The notes under the pieces: generated by a model
The model's input: the letters and a program-made list of their open reading frames with translations, nothing else
What the model was told of the DNA's origin: nothing
Database searches by the model: none
Translations under genes and position numbers: made by a program
Shown here: in pieces, positions 24,172-37,215 of the stretch
Position numbering within the stretch: position 1 is the stretch's first letter
How the letters are laid out: every line of letters begins with the position of its first letter
Origin: Mytilus californianus
Taxonomy: Eukaryota
Length of the DNA stretch: 64,000 bases
Direction of reading: 5' to 3'
NCBI RefSeq assembly: GCF_021869535.1
Contig: NW_026262604.1
Coordinates: 64,852,001 to 64,916,000, forward strand

Positions 24172-27100
24172 TATGACATACATGTATATGCTTATAAGTT
24201 AGTGAAAAACGTCTTCACATAACAAACTCTTTATCTAAACTACATAAAATCACAATATCGTCACTAAGTAGCGACGTCGAATTTACTGAATATACTGTTA
24301 AAGAAAAATGTCTATAATAAAAGGAAGTAATTTGCACATTATGAGGCCTCAAAATTAATTTACTTTTCATAGTTCAATTGGGACTAGTTTAGCAATTGAA
24401 TGTGTAGTAATAAGTCCATCTGGTGGACGAATCTTTGCAGCTCGAACCATCGAGTCATGTAATCACGTCTTCTGTAACACCTAATTTCCACATTGTTCTA
24501 GGTGAATTGTCAATGAAGGTACAACAGAACCGATTTTCACATGTGTATTGATTTTTCCTGTCATACGGTTATACTGTCTGAAGTATTCAGTTCTCCGTTG
24601 TTTATTACAATGTTCTATTAAAGTAAGATTCCGTTGTAATAATTTATTAGCTTCTTCTGGTGTTATCATATTGTCCTCTGTGTTTATAAAGTTCTCCGGC
24701 GATATTCTTTTCACTTGTGATAGTTTCTCCATACAGTTTCAACAATTCCGGTGGTTTGGCGAGACGATTATTAACATTAAGTTCTTTTTCTTGCTATCAT
24801 TTCGTTGGTAGGCAACTCCGGGTGGTCAGGTTTTTCATGGAAATTTTGCAATGTATTTGTTGCCCTCGAGATAAATACTGGAACTTTGATAATTGATCAT
24901 TTTGTCTTGTGCAGATTTCCTGGTAATACCACAGTTCTCTTCCGTTCCACTGGACTCAATTTTCCAAACTTGTGTATTTCACATTTTTCACGTTTATGTT
25001 CATGATTGATGATGATGACAATGTGTAATTTTCTGATGAATTTTGATGTATAGGCAACAGTTACCCGACTTTTGATTTCACTGCGGTTGGTCCCGGTCCT
25101 CGTATAACTTTGTCCTCTACAATATCCCTCCCCTAAAAAATATAATCAGCTGCGATTAAGATTAAAACTTCAAAGTCCTCGTTATGTGATATAGGGTGTA
25201 CTAATTTTAATCTATTGAAGTACAGAAATTTGACTGTTTCTTGTTTGAATAGGGTGTGCAATCTTTGGTACGATAATAGGTATTAAATCTATAGTTTGAG
25301 CTCGTAAATAAACAGTAGCCACTTGAAGATGTCTAACCTTCGTATTTGATTCACCAGATCCCGACACTGTTATAACCTAATTTCTAACGAGTTTCAACTT
25401 TAATTTATCTGCCATATCCTGCGTAATAACACTGCGCTGTGCCCCTTTGTCGAATAGGATATTTGCTTGACTGAAATGGTTTTCGTCGGACAAGTCTGTA
25501 ATAATAGCTGTTTTTAAAAGTACTTGAGCGCTTACCGGTGTCGCTAATGAGTGCATGATCGCTACCGTGAGGTTGCTGTCTGGTATTTCTATACTAGAAT
25601 TATCCGTTTTTGTTTGGGTATGCTGCTCATTCTTATTGCAAACACTCGTGTGATGTCGTTTTCCGCAATTTTTAAATGTTTTCATTAATTTGCAGTTTGC
25701 AACTCTGTGACTTCCCATAAACACAGCTTTTTTTCCGTAGTTGTGCGTTTTCTGTCACCAATAGATTTTACTTTCATGCATGCAGATGGGCGTGAATGAG
25801 TTACTATATATACAGGGTGAACTGATCAAATTTCTGTAACTTGAATCGTAGTTTCATTTTGTACTTACTATAAATGCCGACGTAGGTGTAAATTCTGACT
25901 TAATTCGTAACAATTGACCAACTGACCTGCTTCTTGGACTGTAATCTGATGCTGAATTGTGTTTCGTATCAACTGTAAATTTCATCTGTCAAGAATTATA
26001 ATTAAGATTGTTGGTACTAGAATGCTCACGTACGATTCATGTGTTTGTCCAATTCCCTCAATACCTCGAATATAATTATCCATACTTCATAGCTCTCCAA
26101 TATTTGCGGATGGACTTTGTAGACTAATTAGTCCTTGCATAAAGGCAATCAGGTATTTCACATCAAATCTGTTATGGTAATATTCTTTACAAGGCACAAA
26201 AATGTCGACTTTCACCTCAAAAACTAACCAGACCTTTAAACAGACTTATTTAGAAGGGATATAGTTACGATACTGTTGTCAGGTCATTGAAGATGGCATA
26301 TTTTGATATTAATATTGATTCACTCATAGGGTCTTTGCACCGAAAATAAACACATTTGTCCTAAAACCAGTTGTTGGCATGATACTGGTTATGTTCTTCT
26401 CATATATTTTATGATGGTATGATACTAAACCCCTAACGGGAGGGATTGTGCTTGATTTTTGTATGATGAAGACATAATCTTTTAATCAGTTTAATTGAAG
26501 TCTGGAGCTGGCATGTCAGTAACTGCTAGTAGTCCTTTGTTAATTTATGTATCATTGTCCTTTTGCTTTGTTTCTTTTGTTACCTATTCTGACATCGGAC
26601 TCGGACTTCTTTTAAACTGAGTTTTTCTGTGCGTATTGCTGTGTGTTTGTTTATTCTACATTGACTAGAGGTAAAGGGGGAGGGTTGAGACCTCACAAAA
26701 CATGTTTATCCCCGCCGCATTTTTTTGCGCCTGTCCCAAGTCAGGAGCCCCTGGCCTTTGTTAGTCGTGTATGTTTTTTTAATTTTAGTTCATTTATATG
26801 TCTTCGAGTTTAGTATGACGTCCGTTTTCACTGAATACACTGCTGCACAAAAGGAATCCCAAAATGGCAGCCTTTACAATATATTTCCTCCAAAAGTGGG
26901 TAGGGAAAGCTTTGGAAATTTAAGGTACATACTGGAGTTTGATGCAGAATGATTCGCTTGCGTGAAACTCAATTGAGTCGGGTTTGTTTGAATGTTTGAA
27001 CATGTTGAAAGTGTGAATTTTGTGGCATTGGGTTTAATTGGGGTTGACACTAGGATGTTGTGTTATCTGCTTCCCGGATAATTTTTGCAAATTTTGTTAA

Positions 27101-27525
27101 GGTAATTTGAATATCTCTTCTTGAATATCGTCTTCCGAAAATTCCTCTACAATTTTATCGTTGAGTTCCAAGATAACAGTTTCTTTCTTCAGTATCATTT
27201 CTCTGATTAACTTAAGTTCATTTGCATCGTATTCCTGTTATAACTCCTCGAAAATTGCGCTCAACCGTTTCAGTAATTTCGAGACTGCAACACGATATCC
27301 AGCTCGAATAGCTTTGAGTTTTCAATAATCTTTATTTATGTCACGGCACCAATATGACACACATGTATATTCTTATAAAGTAATAAAGAACGTCTCCACA
27401 TAACGAAATCTTCATCTAAGCTACATAAGATCACAATATCGTCGGTAAGTAGCGACGTATAATATACGTTAAGACGTGTACCAATTATAAAAAAAGTCTA
27501 TAATGAAAGAAAGTAATTTACAACA
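24172..27525 (-). mobile_element. Internally deleted BEL/Pao LTR retrotransposon with both LTRs
   Basis: LTRs about 27353-27525 and 24172-24338; PBS TGGTGCCGTGAC at 27340-27351; gag KLKAIRAGYR, FPKLSLPTFGG...FWDSF, Cys-His knuckle, protease VLLKTA...ILFDKGAQRS, IRGPGPTAVKSK, integrase tail VRAAKIR...SIAKLVPIEL; RT/RNase H absent. Confidence 0.9.
26205..26835 (+). mobile_element. 5'-truncated Penelope-like element inserted in BEL gag (approximate)
   Basis: ORF end KLTRPLNRLI*KGYSYDTVVRSLKMAYFDINIDSLIGSLHRK* resembles 42990-43140 and is followed by a pseudo-LTR-type tail. Confidence 0.7.
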
Positions 27526-28698
27526 GTGACCATATTTCTATTCCCTTGTAATCCTTTGCGGCTGTTTGATTGTGAGATTGAAATCGTTCCTCCCATATGG
27601 CATCTGTTGATCTTGAACATTCCAGTAAAAGTTAGTTTTTACCACTTTGTCCCCCTATTTCCCATATTTTAAAGCCTTTCTTCATATCAATCTCGCTACG
27701 CTCACTCGACATTTAGCTTCATATTCTGGCTTGTGGTCTGATATTTTTTTATATTTGCATATCCACATCCAGATAACATTTTTATCATCTTTCAAAGTAA
27801 TGTTTTTTTGCAAAATTTCCTTTTTTTTGTATTTTCGCAGGAATTGTGATTACTAGGCAACACACGTCATCAAAATATTAAATCGCGGATACACCTTATG
27901 GCAGAAATACGCAGGATAAAATATTCCCTTTAAATAGAGGAAGACAAAATGTTGCGTGTACATGATAATACTTATATGGGAGTAGAATATTTGAAGATGA
28001 TACAGAAAGAAAAAAAATCGGATTATATTGAAAGATCGTATTATTTCAAAGCACTAGAAGAAGAAATTTCTGCTCGCTGACTGATAAATAACTTTTCAGC
28101 ATACGCTTCAAAAAAATTAACCCAGAAACGAATTAAATTGCAATTTGTTTTCAAGTCTAAAAATACATATATATGTAAGGTGTCGTAAGTCATAAAGGAT
28201 AAGTTCATTTGAGAAATACAGAGATTGGTAAATTGTTCTTGTATGTAAATGCCTCGACATCTCGCACCGTGTACCCGCCATTATTACGTGAGAAGACGTG
28301 GAAGGTAGGTGTATATATTTGTAACGACTACCCTTCTAAATTGCATGGGGAAAAATATATCTATGCATGGTATTCTAGTTAGGACAGCGGTTATGGAAGT
28401 ACCATTTCCTTTAAGTGTGTGTTAACTTTGCCAAATGTTATCATTGAGGAAAACATATTTGGTTAAAACGTGTCAAACCCGTCTCCTCTATTGAATCATA
28501 ACTTCATGTACTGATAAAAGAGCCAGATCATCATAATTTTTAAAATATAATACAACATTGCTTCGCTGAATACTGGTGGTTCATGTGCATTGATATATCA
28601 TACTTTTTATGACTTTGGAGTCAAAATGAAAAGGTACAACATGCATACATAGGTTCTTTATCATTCTTGAAAAAAAAATGTATGCTTTCAGTGTATTC

Positions 28699-28767
28699 AA
28701 CTAGGTAGCTCAGGGGTTAGAGCAGCTCTTTATGAGAAGGTCTTGTGTTCAAATCCTAACTTAGTTA
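28699..28767 (+). pseudogene. tRNA-like sequence (pseudo-tRNA or SINE head), copy 1
   Basis: Acceptor AACTAGG/CTTAGTT, D-arm GCTC-AGGGGTTA-GAGC, B box GTTCAAATCC; anticodon arm 4 nt short. Confidence 0.6.
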
Positions 28768-29100
28768 CACTAAAAAAGTAAATAAAATAAATGATCTTGT
28801 GACATGTTTTACATGTAGAAATCATTTAATATTTGGCCCACATCTGTCTATCTCATATGAATTATCAATGTACATGTAGCCAATATTTTTGACTTCTACA
28901 TATTTTCACAAGAAAAACATTAAATTGTGACTTTTTGTGGAATATTTCAGGACACCAATTCAATATGCAGTGAACATGATACTAAATCTGTGCTCCATAT
29001 TTCATGAAACAATTGTTTTACAAACAATTGGAGAAACATTGGTACATGTAATTCAGGCTCAAATAGTTTGACATTAGTGATATGTGCTTTCAGTGTATTT

Positions 29101-29169
29101 ATCTAGGTAGCTCAGGGGTCAGAGCAGCTCTTAATGAGAAGGTCTTAGGTTCAAATCCTAACCTAGTTA
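29101..29169 (+). pseudogene. tRNA-like sequence (pseudo-tRNA or SINE head), copy 2
   Basis: Perfect T-arm TTAGG-TTCAAAT-CCTAA and D-arm GCTC/GAGC; same shortened anticodon arm; part of an approximately 270-bp duplication (28680-28950 / 29083-29360). Confidence 0.6.
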
Positions 29170-29384
29170 CACTGAAAAAGTTTCAGACAATAAATGAACT
29201 TGTGACGTGTATTAAAAATCATTTAATATTTCAATATTTTGGACATATCTGTCTACCCAATGTTGATTCTCATTGTACATTTTGTACATGTAGCCAATAT
29301 CCTTCATTTCTATCAATTTTCACCACAATAACTTTAAATTGTGACTATTATGGGAATATATAAATGTATCATTACAAGATGTAT

Positions 29385-29492
29385 AGATATCGTAAAATAT
29401 TAGTCGCTCGACACAATGTGAACTTTTTTTGTTCGTTTGCTGCGCTCACACGCCAAAAAAGGATCATATTGTCGCTCGCAGCTGATATTTTA
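29385..29492. repeat. Imperfect foldback element
   Basis: gatatcgtaaaatattag... / ...ctgatattttatgatatc arms around a gttcgtttgctgcgctcacacgcc centre. Confidence 0.7.
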
Positions 29493-30039
29493 TGATATCA
29501 GTATGAAGAAAAGCTGGTAATGTATACATGAAACTTGAAAATCATAAAAACCACGCTAGGTAAACATTAAATAAATATATTGATATCAGTTCAATTGCAG
29601 AAGGTTTTAACAAAGTATTTAAAATTATTGTTTTTATATTGATGCATAAATGAAATAAAAAAATATAGAAAAATCCAATGTTCATGAATAGTTCAAGCTT
29701 TAGTTATCGCTATCGCTGTCAATAATGCAAGGACGTTTTCGTTCGTTAACTTTGTTCAAGTTGTTGTTATCAGAGGGTTGCTGATCGGATGATGTTCCAT
29801 TGTTGAAAGTAAAGTTGAAATTTCCACCATGGAAGGTTGCATTCGTAAAAAGACCACTCATTGCAGGATGCAAGTTAGGTAAATTAAGATTCCCATGATA
29901 GATAGACTGATTACAGTTATTGTTTCGACAGGTTTAGTATTTTTTTTTTACAGTTTGATATTGTTGGATGATTTGATGGGTTACTTGTTGATAGCATTAA
30001 TGATATTGTTCTGCTGCTCTAACTCTAAGCTAGTGTTTG

Positions 30040-30900
30040 AATATGATAAGAAACTGTTCACATTTTTATGTCCTGTCCTTTAAACGATTTCAGTGTCCTG
30101 AACACCTGCATCTTTTTGTTTTTGTATTGACCCCTTTACTTGAACTGTGACCTGTGAGCCTCTTGTCGTTTTTAGACAGTGCTGTAGTTGCCATACTTTT
30201 TATTATTTAGATATACATTTTGTATCAAGTCTTTGACCTTTGCACCACAGTAACTTTGCTCCATATTTGTCATCTTGGAATGTTGTAGCTGGTATGTAAA
30301 TGGGGGAATCGTCTTTTTTCATTGTTTCTGGTCTTTTCTGTCTTAAATGTTTACGCAAATACTGGACATCGCGTGAGATCGTTCTTGTCCTCCATGGCAA
30401 TGGGTCATGCTCTCCGTAAATTGGAGATTCTCACCCTGCTTTGTTTTAATTTGGCGTTAACGGCAATACTGGAGATATTCATCGCCATGTGTGTCTACCT
30501 TCAATGTGATATCCCCAACATAAATGTAATGTTCTGTAACTCCTCGTAGACCAAAGTGGTAGTTATTATTTATATATATTGTATTTATTAGAGTGCGTAA
30601 ACTAGTAAGACCCTTTAGATTTTTAGACTAAAACTGTTTATATCATCATCTGTTAATGAGTCAGCGGCATTTAGGTTATTTCCTAATCCAAGCGACTTTA
30701 CATTTTTAAATTTTGCACTCAATGTTTGGCGGCTTTTGTAAAATTCATCATCGGTCATGATGTTCAATTAGTACCGACTGATAATTTGATGAATAGATTT
30801 ATTTAGATAGACTTGACCGATGTTGGTTCGTACTCCATTGTACCATTTGTTTTCTTTCTTTTTTTGCACTAATGAAAAAGAATCCCAAATGACGGTCTCA
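30040..30900 (-). mobile_element. Decayed Crypton-type tyrosine recombinase (DUF3504-like)
   Basis: Frameshifted pieces MEYEPTS, GLGNN.NAADSLTDDDI, HFGLRGVTEH, GDEYLQY, RQIKTKQG, KRPETMKKDDSPIY, KRLTGHSSSK, TGHKNVNSFLSYS. Confidence 0.85.
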
Positions 30901-31559
30901 CTCCTGAGGAGAGATTTCATCAATATTTTTTTGTTTCATTGTGTTTTGTTTTCATATATGATTTGAAGATATTTAGATCAAATTTGGTTTTTTTTTTAGG
31001 CATTTTTGCTTTCTTGTTCCTTTATGAATGATTCATAAATAAGTCATTTCGGGACCTTTTATAGCTGACTATGCGATATGGGTTGTGCTCATTGTTAAAG
31101 GCCGTACGGTGACCTATAGTTGTTAATTTCTGTGTCATTTGGTCTCTTGTGGAGAGTTGACTCATTGGCAATCATACCGCATCTTCTTTTTATATCATAC
31201 AGAATGCATACTGAAACAAAACAAATATTTATAAAAAGATATATGCAATCTTCATTTGTCACTAGTTTCCTTATGTTATTCTGTTTTAAGCAATGTGCAT
31301 AGACAAACGAATGACATCTAGGTGAAAGTGGTGTCAAATATAAGTATTTTAGAAATAACAATAAAGAAAACTAACAGTCCTGCCAGTTCTCAATTATACA
31401 TATTTTTATTATGGAATAGATAGCCTTAGAATGTGGAGGCCACTCTGGACTGGGTTGCTCAAAACGCTTGTTAAATTTAACCACTGGATTGCTTATCCAT
31501 AGGCTAAACTAGATATTCATTTGATTGCTATCCGCTGGTTAATTATGAATTTTGATATC

Positions 31560-31865
31560 ATTCGGAGTAAGCAAAGAAATAGTGTTACTAATGAAAAGAA
31601 ATGAATGGTTTTGAAAGAAATTACAGAAAAAAATCAATGCCCGGATAGACGGTCAGATAAAAACGGTAGATCAGGTAAACGAGAAAGGGAGAAAAGAATG
31701 CTCGAAGGCAAAACTGGACATGAATCAGTCCATCAAAAGTCATCAGAAGACCGGTGGAGGGCCAACAGAACATATTTGGATGACTGTACACAAAAATTAT
31801 CAACCTACACAGTGATGCTCCAAACTTTGTTGGAATCAGAGGAGGAATTGATGTTGGAGTAGATT
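31560..31865 (+). pseudogene. Harbinger Myb/SANT-like DNA-binding protein remnant
   Basis: KINARIDGQIKTVDQV..K...KAKLDMNQSIKSHQKTGGGP and KIINLHSDAPNFVGIRGGIDVG, with stops and frameshifts. Confidence 0.75.
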
Positions 31866-33899
31866 TATCATCTTTAATCATGTTAATGACAGGTAAAATT
31901 GTGCCCAATTCCGTCATTGTTTTTAAATTTTATTATTTTTGATAATCTCCCTTTATCTCAGCAAAATATCACTCACATGATTGATTTTCATCAGGATAGT
32001 AGTATTTCTTAATTAGTTTGCTCAATATAATGTTCGAGGATCTATATTCATGCATGCAGCAGGGTGACAGGGGGCATTTTCTTTTATAAAAATAAGGAGA
32101 TGTGGTATGATTGCCAATGAGACAACTATCCATCAAAGTTAAAATGAAGTAGATATAAGCTATTGTAGGGAATCGTAAGGCCTTCAACAATGAGAAAACC
32201 CTTCATTTCTATATTTCTTAAATTTTTAGGCCATTTTTCTTTATTCTTTATACTTTTTGCCCATTATTGTCTATTCTTTATACTTTTTGCCAATTCTTCT
32301 CTATTCTTTATATTTAAGCACCTCATTGTTCTCTATTCCCTATTTTTTTGGTCCATTTTTCTCTATTCTTTATATTGTTTTGCCCGTTATTCTCTATTCT
32401 GTAAACCCCATCATCACCCTGATGTAGGTCCTGTCGATAGTGATTTGAGCGTACTTTTTTTCAAAACTGAGATTAAGGCTTCCCAATCAGATTTTCGCTT
32501 TTATTATTATTTTTTAAAGATAATATTATGAAATAAACATGTGGTGCAACAACTTGAGTGCTAGTTATCACTCTTGTTAGAGGAGTCTTGGGCAGACAAA
32601 ATTTCGACGAGAACTTGACTTACCTTTATTTTTTGATTGATTGATTAGTGTTTAACGTCACTGTCAACACTACTGTGCTTTTTCATGCCGGTCATTTTTT
32701 ATATACTTTAACCAGAATAAACATTTGTAATACGAGAAATATAAATTTGCTTCCTTCTATTCGACAAAAAGAAATTTATAACAATAACTTTTAAAAATAG
32801 TGTCAGTACATCTGTTCTGATAGGAGAAATATTCATGAGTATAAGCTAATATATAAGTTCGAGCTGATACGACTACTACTATAACGTAGAAGGGTGTATT
32901 TAGGGGGGGGGTGCCTTGTTAAGTCATCGGAGAATGCTTAAAAATAAAAAAAAACATAAATATGTAAAATATCTACGATAAAAGTAGAGTAAATGCAAAT
33001 TTAAAGTCACCTAAAGGAAACTTTAAAAATGAAGCAAAAAATATTAAGGATTTGAAAATGTTTGTTACAGTTGTTACATTTTGTGTTTCCAAACAACATA
33101 CTGAATTGAAAACATGTTGCTTTAAAAAAAAAAAAAGTCAATACGTGAACCTTAGAACTTTTTATGCAGATTATTATTTCAACTGAATTGTAAATTATAT
33201 CTCAGTATTTTCATTACCATGTGTGTGGAGGATAATATTTTCTTTTTATTGTAAATCAGGACAATTATGGCATGTTGAGAGTGGTGTTAAATATAAAGTA
33301 GGGAGATAAGGAATGTTTTAATTTCAATAGTTCATTTCTGGATGGTGTTAGCTTTTATTTTTAAAATACATATTTCAGAGGAAGTACGATATTGTTTCAT
33401 AAAATGTGAAAGTTAAATTCCTACCAAATGAGACAAAATCTACTTGCTTACAATTTTATTTGTGTCGTAAAATCCCGTTCCACCTTAGAAATGGGTTTGG
33501 ATCCAGCTAATACATTCAATTTGCTGCTTATACATGTATATTTAATATACCTGTCCAAATCCGGAGCCTCTTTTTTTGTTTCCTTATTATCGTGTCTGTT
33601 TTTCGTTTTTTTGTTTTTTTTTGTATAAAAATATTGCCATTGATTTATATCTTGTACAACACTGGTCAATTTGATGTCATTTAGCTCGCTTTGCTAAAAC
33701 TCAACATTCAACGCCATGTTTATTGAAATGTTCTCTCATTGGCAAGGTAGTTTACCAATTATTATATAATCATATCAGTCGCAGGTTAATTCGATTATTA
33801 TGAAATGTGGTTCCTTAAATCAACATACGTATTAAATCTCAAAACTTTACACTGTTTATTTGCTAACTTATGTTTGTTGCCTATAATTCAGAAATTAAA

Positions 33900-34220
33900 C
33901 AGTGTTTTGGGATTTTTTTGCTTAAAGATAACTTTTTAAGCATTGGTCCCTTTTCAAAAGTCTCCCAACTACTACCTCATATGTGAACTTAAGTATAGAG
34001 GAAATTTTGTTCGCTATGTTAAAGAAATCTTCTACTTGCTCTATTTTGCATGTGAAGACCATAACACCGTTATCTCTATATTGACAGTGTAATTTGATGT
34101 TTTCTTTCAATTTGAACTTGTCTAAGATATTTATTAATAGGACAGACAGATGCAGATATGTGCATGATGGTGAAAATATACCACATATGGAGGGGGCGCT
34201 CCTATAACTTGTTTGTATAA
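33900..34220 (-). mobile_element. Decayed Penelope-like RT fragment nested in the Harbinger
   Basis: KQVIGA...NIKLHCQYRDNGVMVF...FFNIAN.ISSILKFTYE; YRDNG corresponds to a YxDD motif. Confidence 0.6.
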
Positions 34221-35640
34221 CTTTCCATTAAACTCAAATTTATTGTTTCTTAGAATTAATTAACAAATGCAGTTTAATCTTTTTTGTTGAGAATCTTGAA
34301 AGGATATTCTTTTGTGTCAATTAATTCTTCTGCATTGAAAACTGTTTCTTTTAAATTATCAATGATCATATTTGTGTATATTTACGTTTCATCATAGGCA
34401 ATAAGAATGCATTCCCTTTTTACCTCGTGTGTTTTATTAGTGAAATCTTGTGTATCTTGAACTTAAAAGTTATGCCTCTACAAAAATGGTTTTTATATTA
34501 GATCATTTAATCTCTCAATGCGTCTCGTGGTAGAGTTACATTTATTGATGATCAGTTGTAACGAACATTAATTAATGTCTCCTACTAGTTGACCATTACC
34601 CAATGCCTCATTAATTATTTCTAGATTAATTTAATGAATTTTTGAAAGACTGATGTACATGTGTCCATGTTTTGAATCATTATTTTTCTTTAAGAATTAA
34701 TCGTATTGGAATCTATTTCTATTTTTTTCTATATAAATTATCAACTATATCTTTTATTACCATATAGCATATAAGTGAGGTTAAGCGATCTGTGTAAAGT
34801 TCTTTATTGCCAAGTTTTAGATATCTTAAATGATCCGTATGGAGGTGCTCTTAATTGCAGTAAGCTAATACAGGTAAGAAATATAAATGTTCCGAATGAA
34901 CAATAATTAGGGTTCCGAACATTCCTCTGTAAACTATATTTCTAACTAATTAATATGCGCAAAAAGTTTTATAAGCATTAAAAAAAAATCACATAACGGT
35001 AAAGTTAAATGTCATAGTTTTCATTTTTTTTTTCCAAAAAAACCTTAGAATTATTGAAATCTATTTAAACAAGAACGAAATACATATTAAGTACAGGGTT
35101 GAAGCATTTATTTTATACCTTAAAGTAAAACGTGAACCTATTAGAAGGCATAGCAACGTGTATTTACATTTCAAAAAGAAAACTATGGATTCATTTACCA
35201 GAATCAGAGTGAGCGGAGTGAAAGAGGTTGGTATGAAAGTGTGTATGATCGTGTAAAATTTTGTAATGTCTAAAAGATTCCTGTGATTAGGAAACAAAAA
35301 TTTTGATTGGAATTTATGCATAATATACCAATAGTTAATACTAAATATATGCTCGACAATAGGTCCTTTAATCGGAATAAAAAAAGTATTCGTATACAAC
35401 TTTACTATTTGTACCTATTTAAACCATTGTGGTGACGTTAGCCTATTCATTTACCGTGGATTCTTTTTCTAGAATCAACGCTTCCTAAATCTACCGCTGA
35501 AATGGACTCACCAAATTATATTCAATTGTTTCCTTTGTGTGTCTAATTTCATTAAGTTTGAATTGGCTAATTTACTGATTTCTGTTCACTAATGGAATTA
35601 ATTTAAAAACTTACCTTTAATTTTTGTAATTTGTATATGC

Positions 35641-35722
35641 CTTCACTGGGAATCGAACCCTTCCTTGAAATCTGTTATGAATGACTGACATCAACACATC
35701 GACGAAACCTCTCGGCTACCAA
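35641..35722 (-). pseudogene. tRNA-derived head (A box TAGCCGAGAGG, B box GGTTCGATTCC)
   Basis: Pol III boxes about 60 nt apart; no clean cloverleaf. Confidence 0.45.
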
Positions 35723-35823
35723 TGGGTTACAACTTAGATGTCTATTTTATATATATAAATGAACATCGGACACACTGTGGTTGTACCTTTATATATACAC
35801 AATGGGCAGTCGTATAGTATAAG

Positions 35824-35902
35824 TTGGTAGCCGCGAGGTTAGCATGCTTAAAGTCAACGAGTTAAACGATAGGGATTTGTCGGTTAAGGTTCGAATCCCT
35901 GT
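35824..35902 (+). pseudogene. tRNA-derived head (A box TAGCCGCGAGG, B box GGTTCGAATCC)
   Basis: Same box spacing as the divergent neighbour. Confidence 0.45.
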
Positions 35903-36502
35903 ATTATCTCTGTTGTCCCAATTCTTTTTTTTTTCTAATTTTGCATGTTACAGTGGATATTTTTGTAATAATAGCGAGTTTTACCGTTTATCTTTTGGAT
36001 TATTATTGGCTATTTCACATGTTTGAAACAAAAATGATTACATTCTATTTGTCAATTTCTGTTGTATAAATATAGTATGATTTCATCTGTTTTACTACAT
36101 AATTTTACAAATGTTTGTTCGCAAATTCCTATGCGAGAAAGTCGTGATGTGCCTAGAGTGCTAGAAATTTCGGTAACATACTTATTATGTATACTTTATA
36201 TATGCTCTTTGGTCGGGTTGTTGTCTCTTTGACACATTCCCCATTTCCATTCTCAATTTTATTAGAAATAAGTTCGAAAATGTCGTATTTTGTAAAAACA
36301 GATAATATTCAGAAGCCTGATAATATAAAGATCTTTAAAGGTAGAAGTGTTATATTTGTATGTTGTTAACCAATTAATTGTGATCTGAGATTTATCAATG
36401 CATCGTTGGACACGATAACATGGTTATTTAAACTCACTTACAATACCTTCTAATTAAGAAAAGGCTTTAATTTTGAAAAGAAATTAACACAATAGTTTAA
36501 GT

Positions 36503-36605
36503 TATAGATACAATGGATAAGCGTAGATTCATGAAAAACAAACCATTCGCCCTCCGGGCTCATGGTTTCTTTTTCAAGAATCCACGCTTATCCATTGTAT
36601 CTATA
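36503..36605. repeat. Foldback MITE-like hairpin
   Basis: tatagatacaatggataagcgt.gattc..gaaaaa.aaacca / tggttt.tttttc..gaatc.acgcttatccattgtatctata, loop ttcgccctccgggctca. Confidence 0.85.
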
Positions 36606-36649
36606 TTACAGAATAAATGAGTGCAAAAGTAATAGCTTCTTTAAACTGA

Positions 36650-37215
36650 TCATACTTTAAATGATTACCTCTATGTTCACAAACACCCTGCATGTTGATG
36701 AGATGAAAGCCTTTCCGGTTTACAAATGCATACTCATCTCTCCGGATAGGGACAGAAGTCTCACATAAGTGCAATCAATAACACCTGGAAATTGTGCAAT
36801 TTGATAAAACCTTTCTGTGATTCACTTTTTTTTAGCAGGTAACGTTGACCACTTAATGAATTTATTTGCAACTCCACATAATGCATTTGAAAAATCTCTA
36901 ACTGCCTCCGATACACTAGATATTTGATAGCCCATAGTATCTCCTATCATATTCATGGGACTGCCTGTGGCAAAGTATCTCAATACCAACAGTACCTGGG
37001 TTTCAGCAGGAATTGCATAAATCTTAGAGTAGGTCTACATAAGGATGGCTCTAGCAGATTTGTAATGTAGGTCACATTTTCTTTAGAAAACCTGAACCAT
37101 TCTCTGAATTCTTTCTCATCATAATGTAACTGTAGATGTCTATAAACTAATTCTTTCTCATCATAATGTAACTCTAGATGTCTATAAACTCTTTCTTTTT
37201 CATGCCGTCTGCCAA
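36650..37215 (-). pseudogene. PIF/Harbinger (HARBI1-like) transposase remnant, N-terminal half
   Basis: EFREWFRFSKE...AIPAETQVLLVLRYFATGS...GDTMG...FPGVI.IDCT...VNRKGFHLINMQGVCE. Confidence 0.88.

Noticed and set aside
28699-29169. Functional tRNA-Ile genes (TAT/AAT-like loops)
   Set aside because: The anticodon arm is 4 nt short and poorly paired; no terminator.
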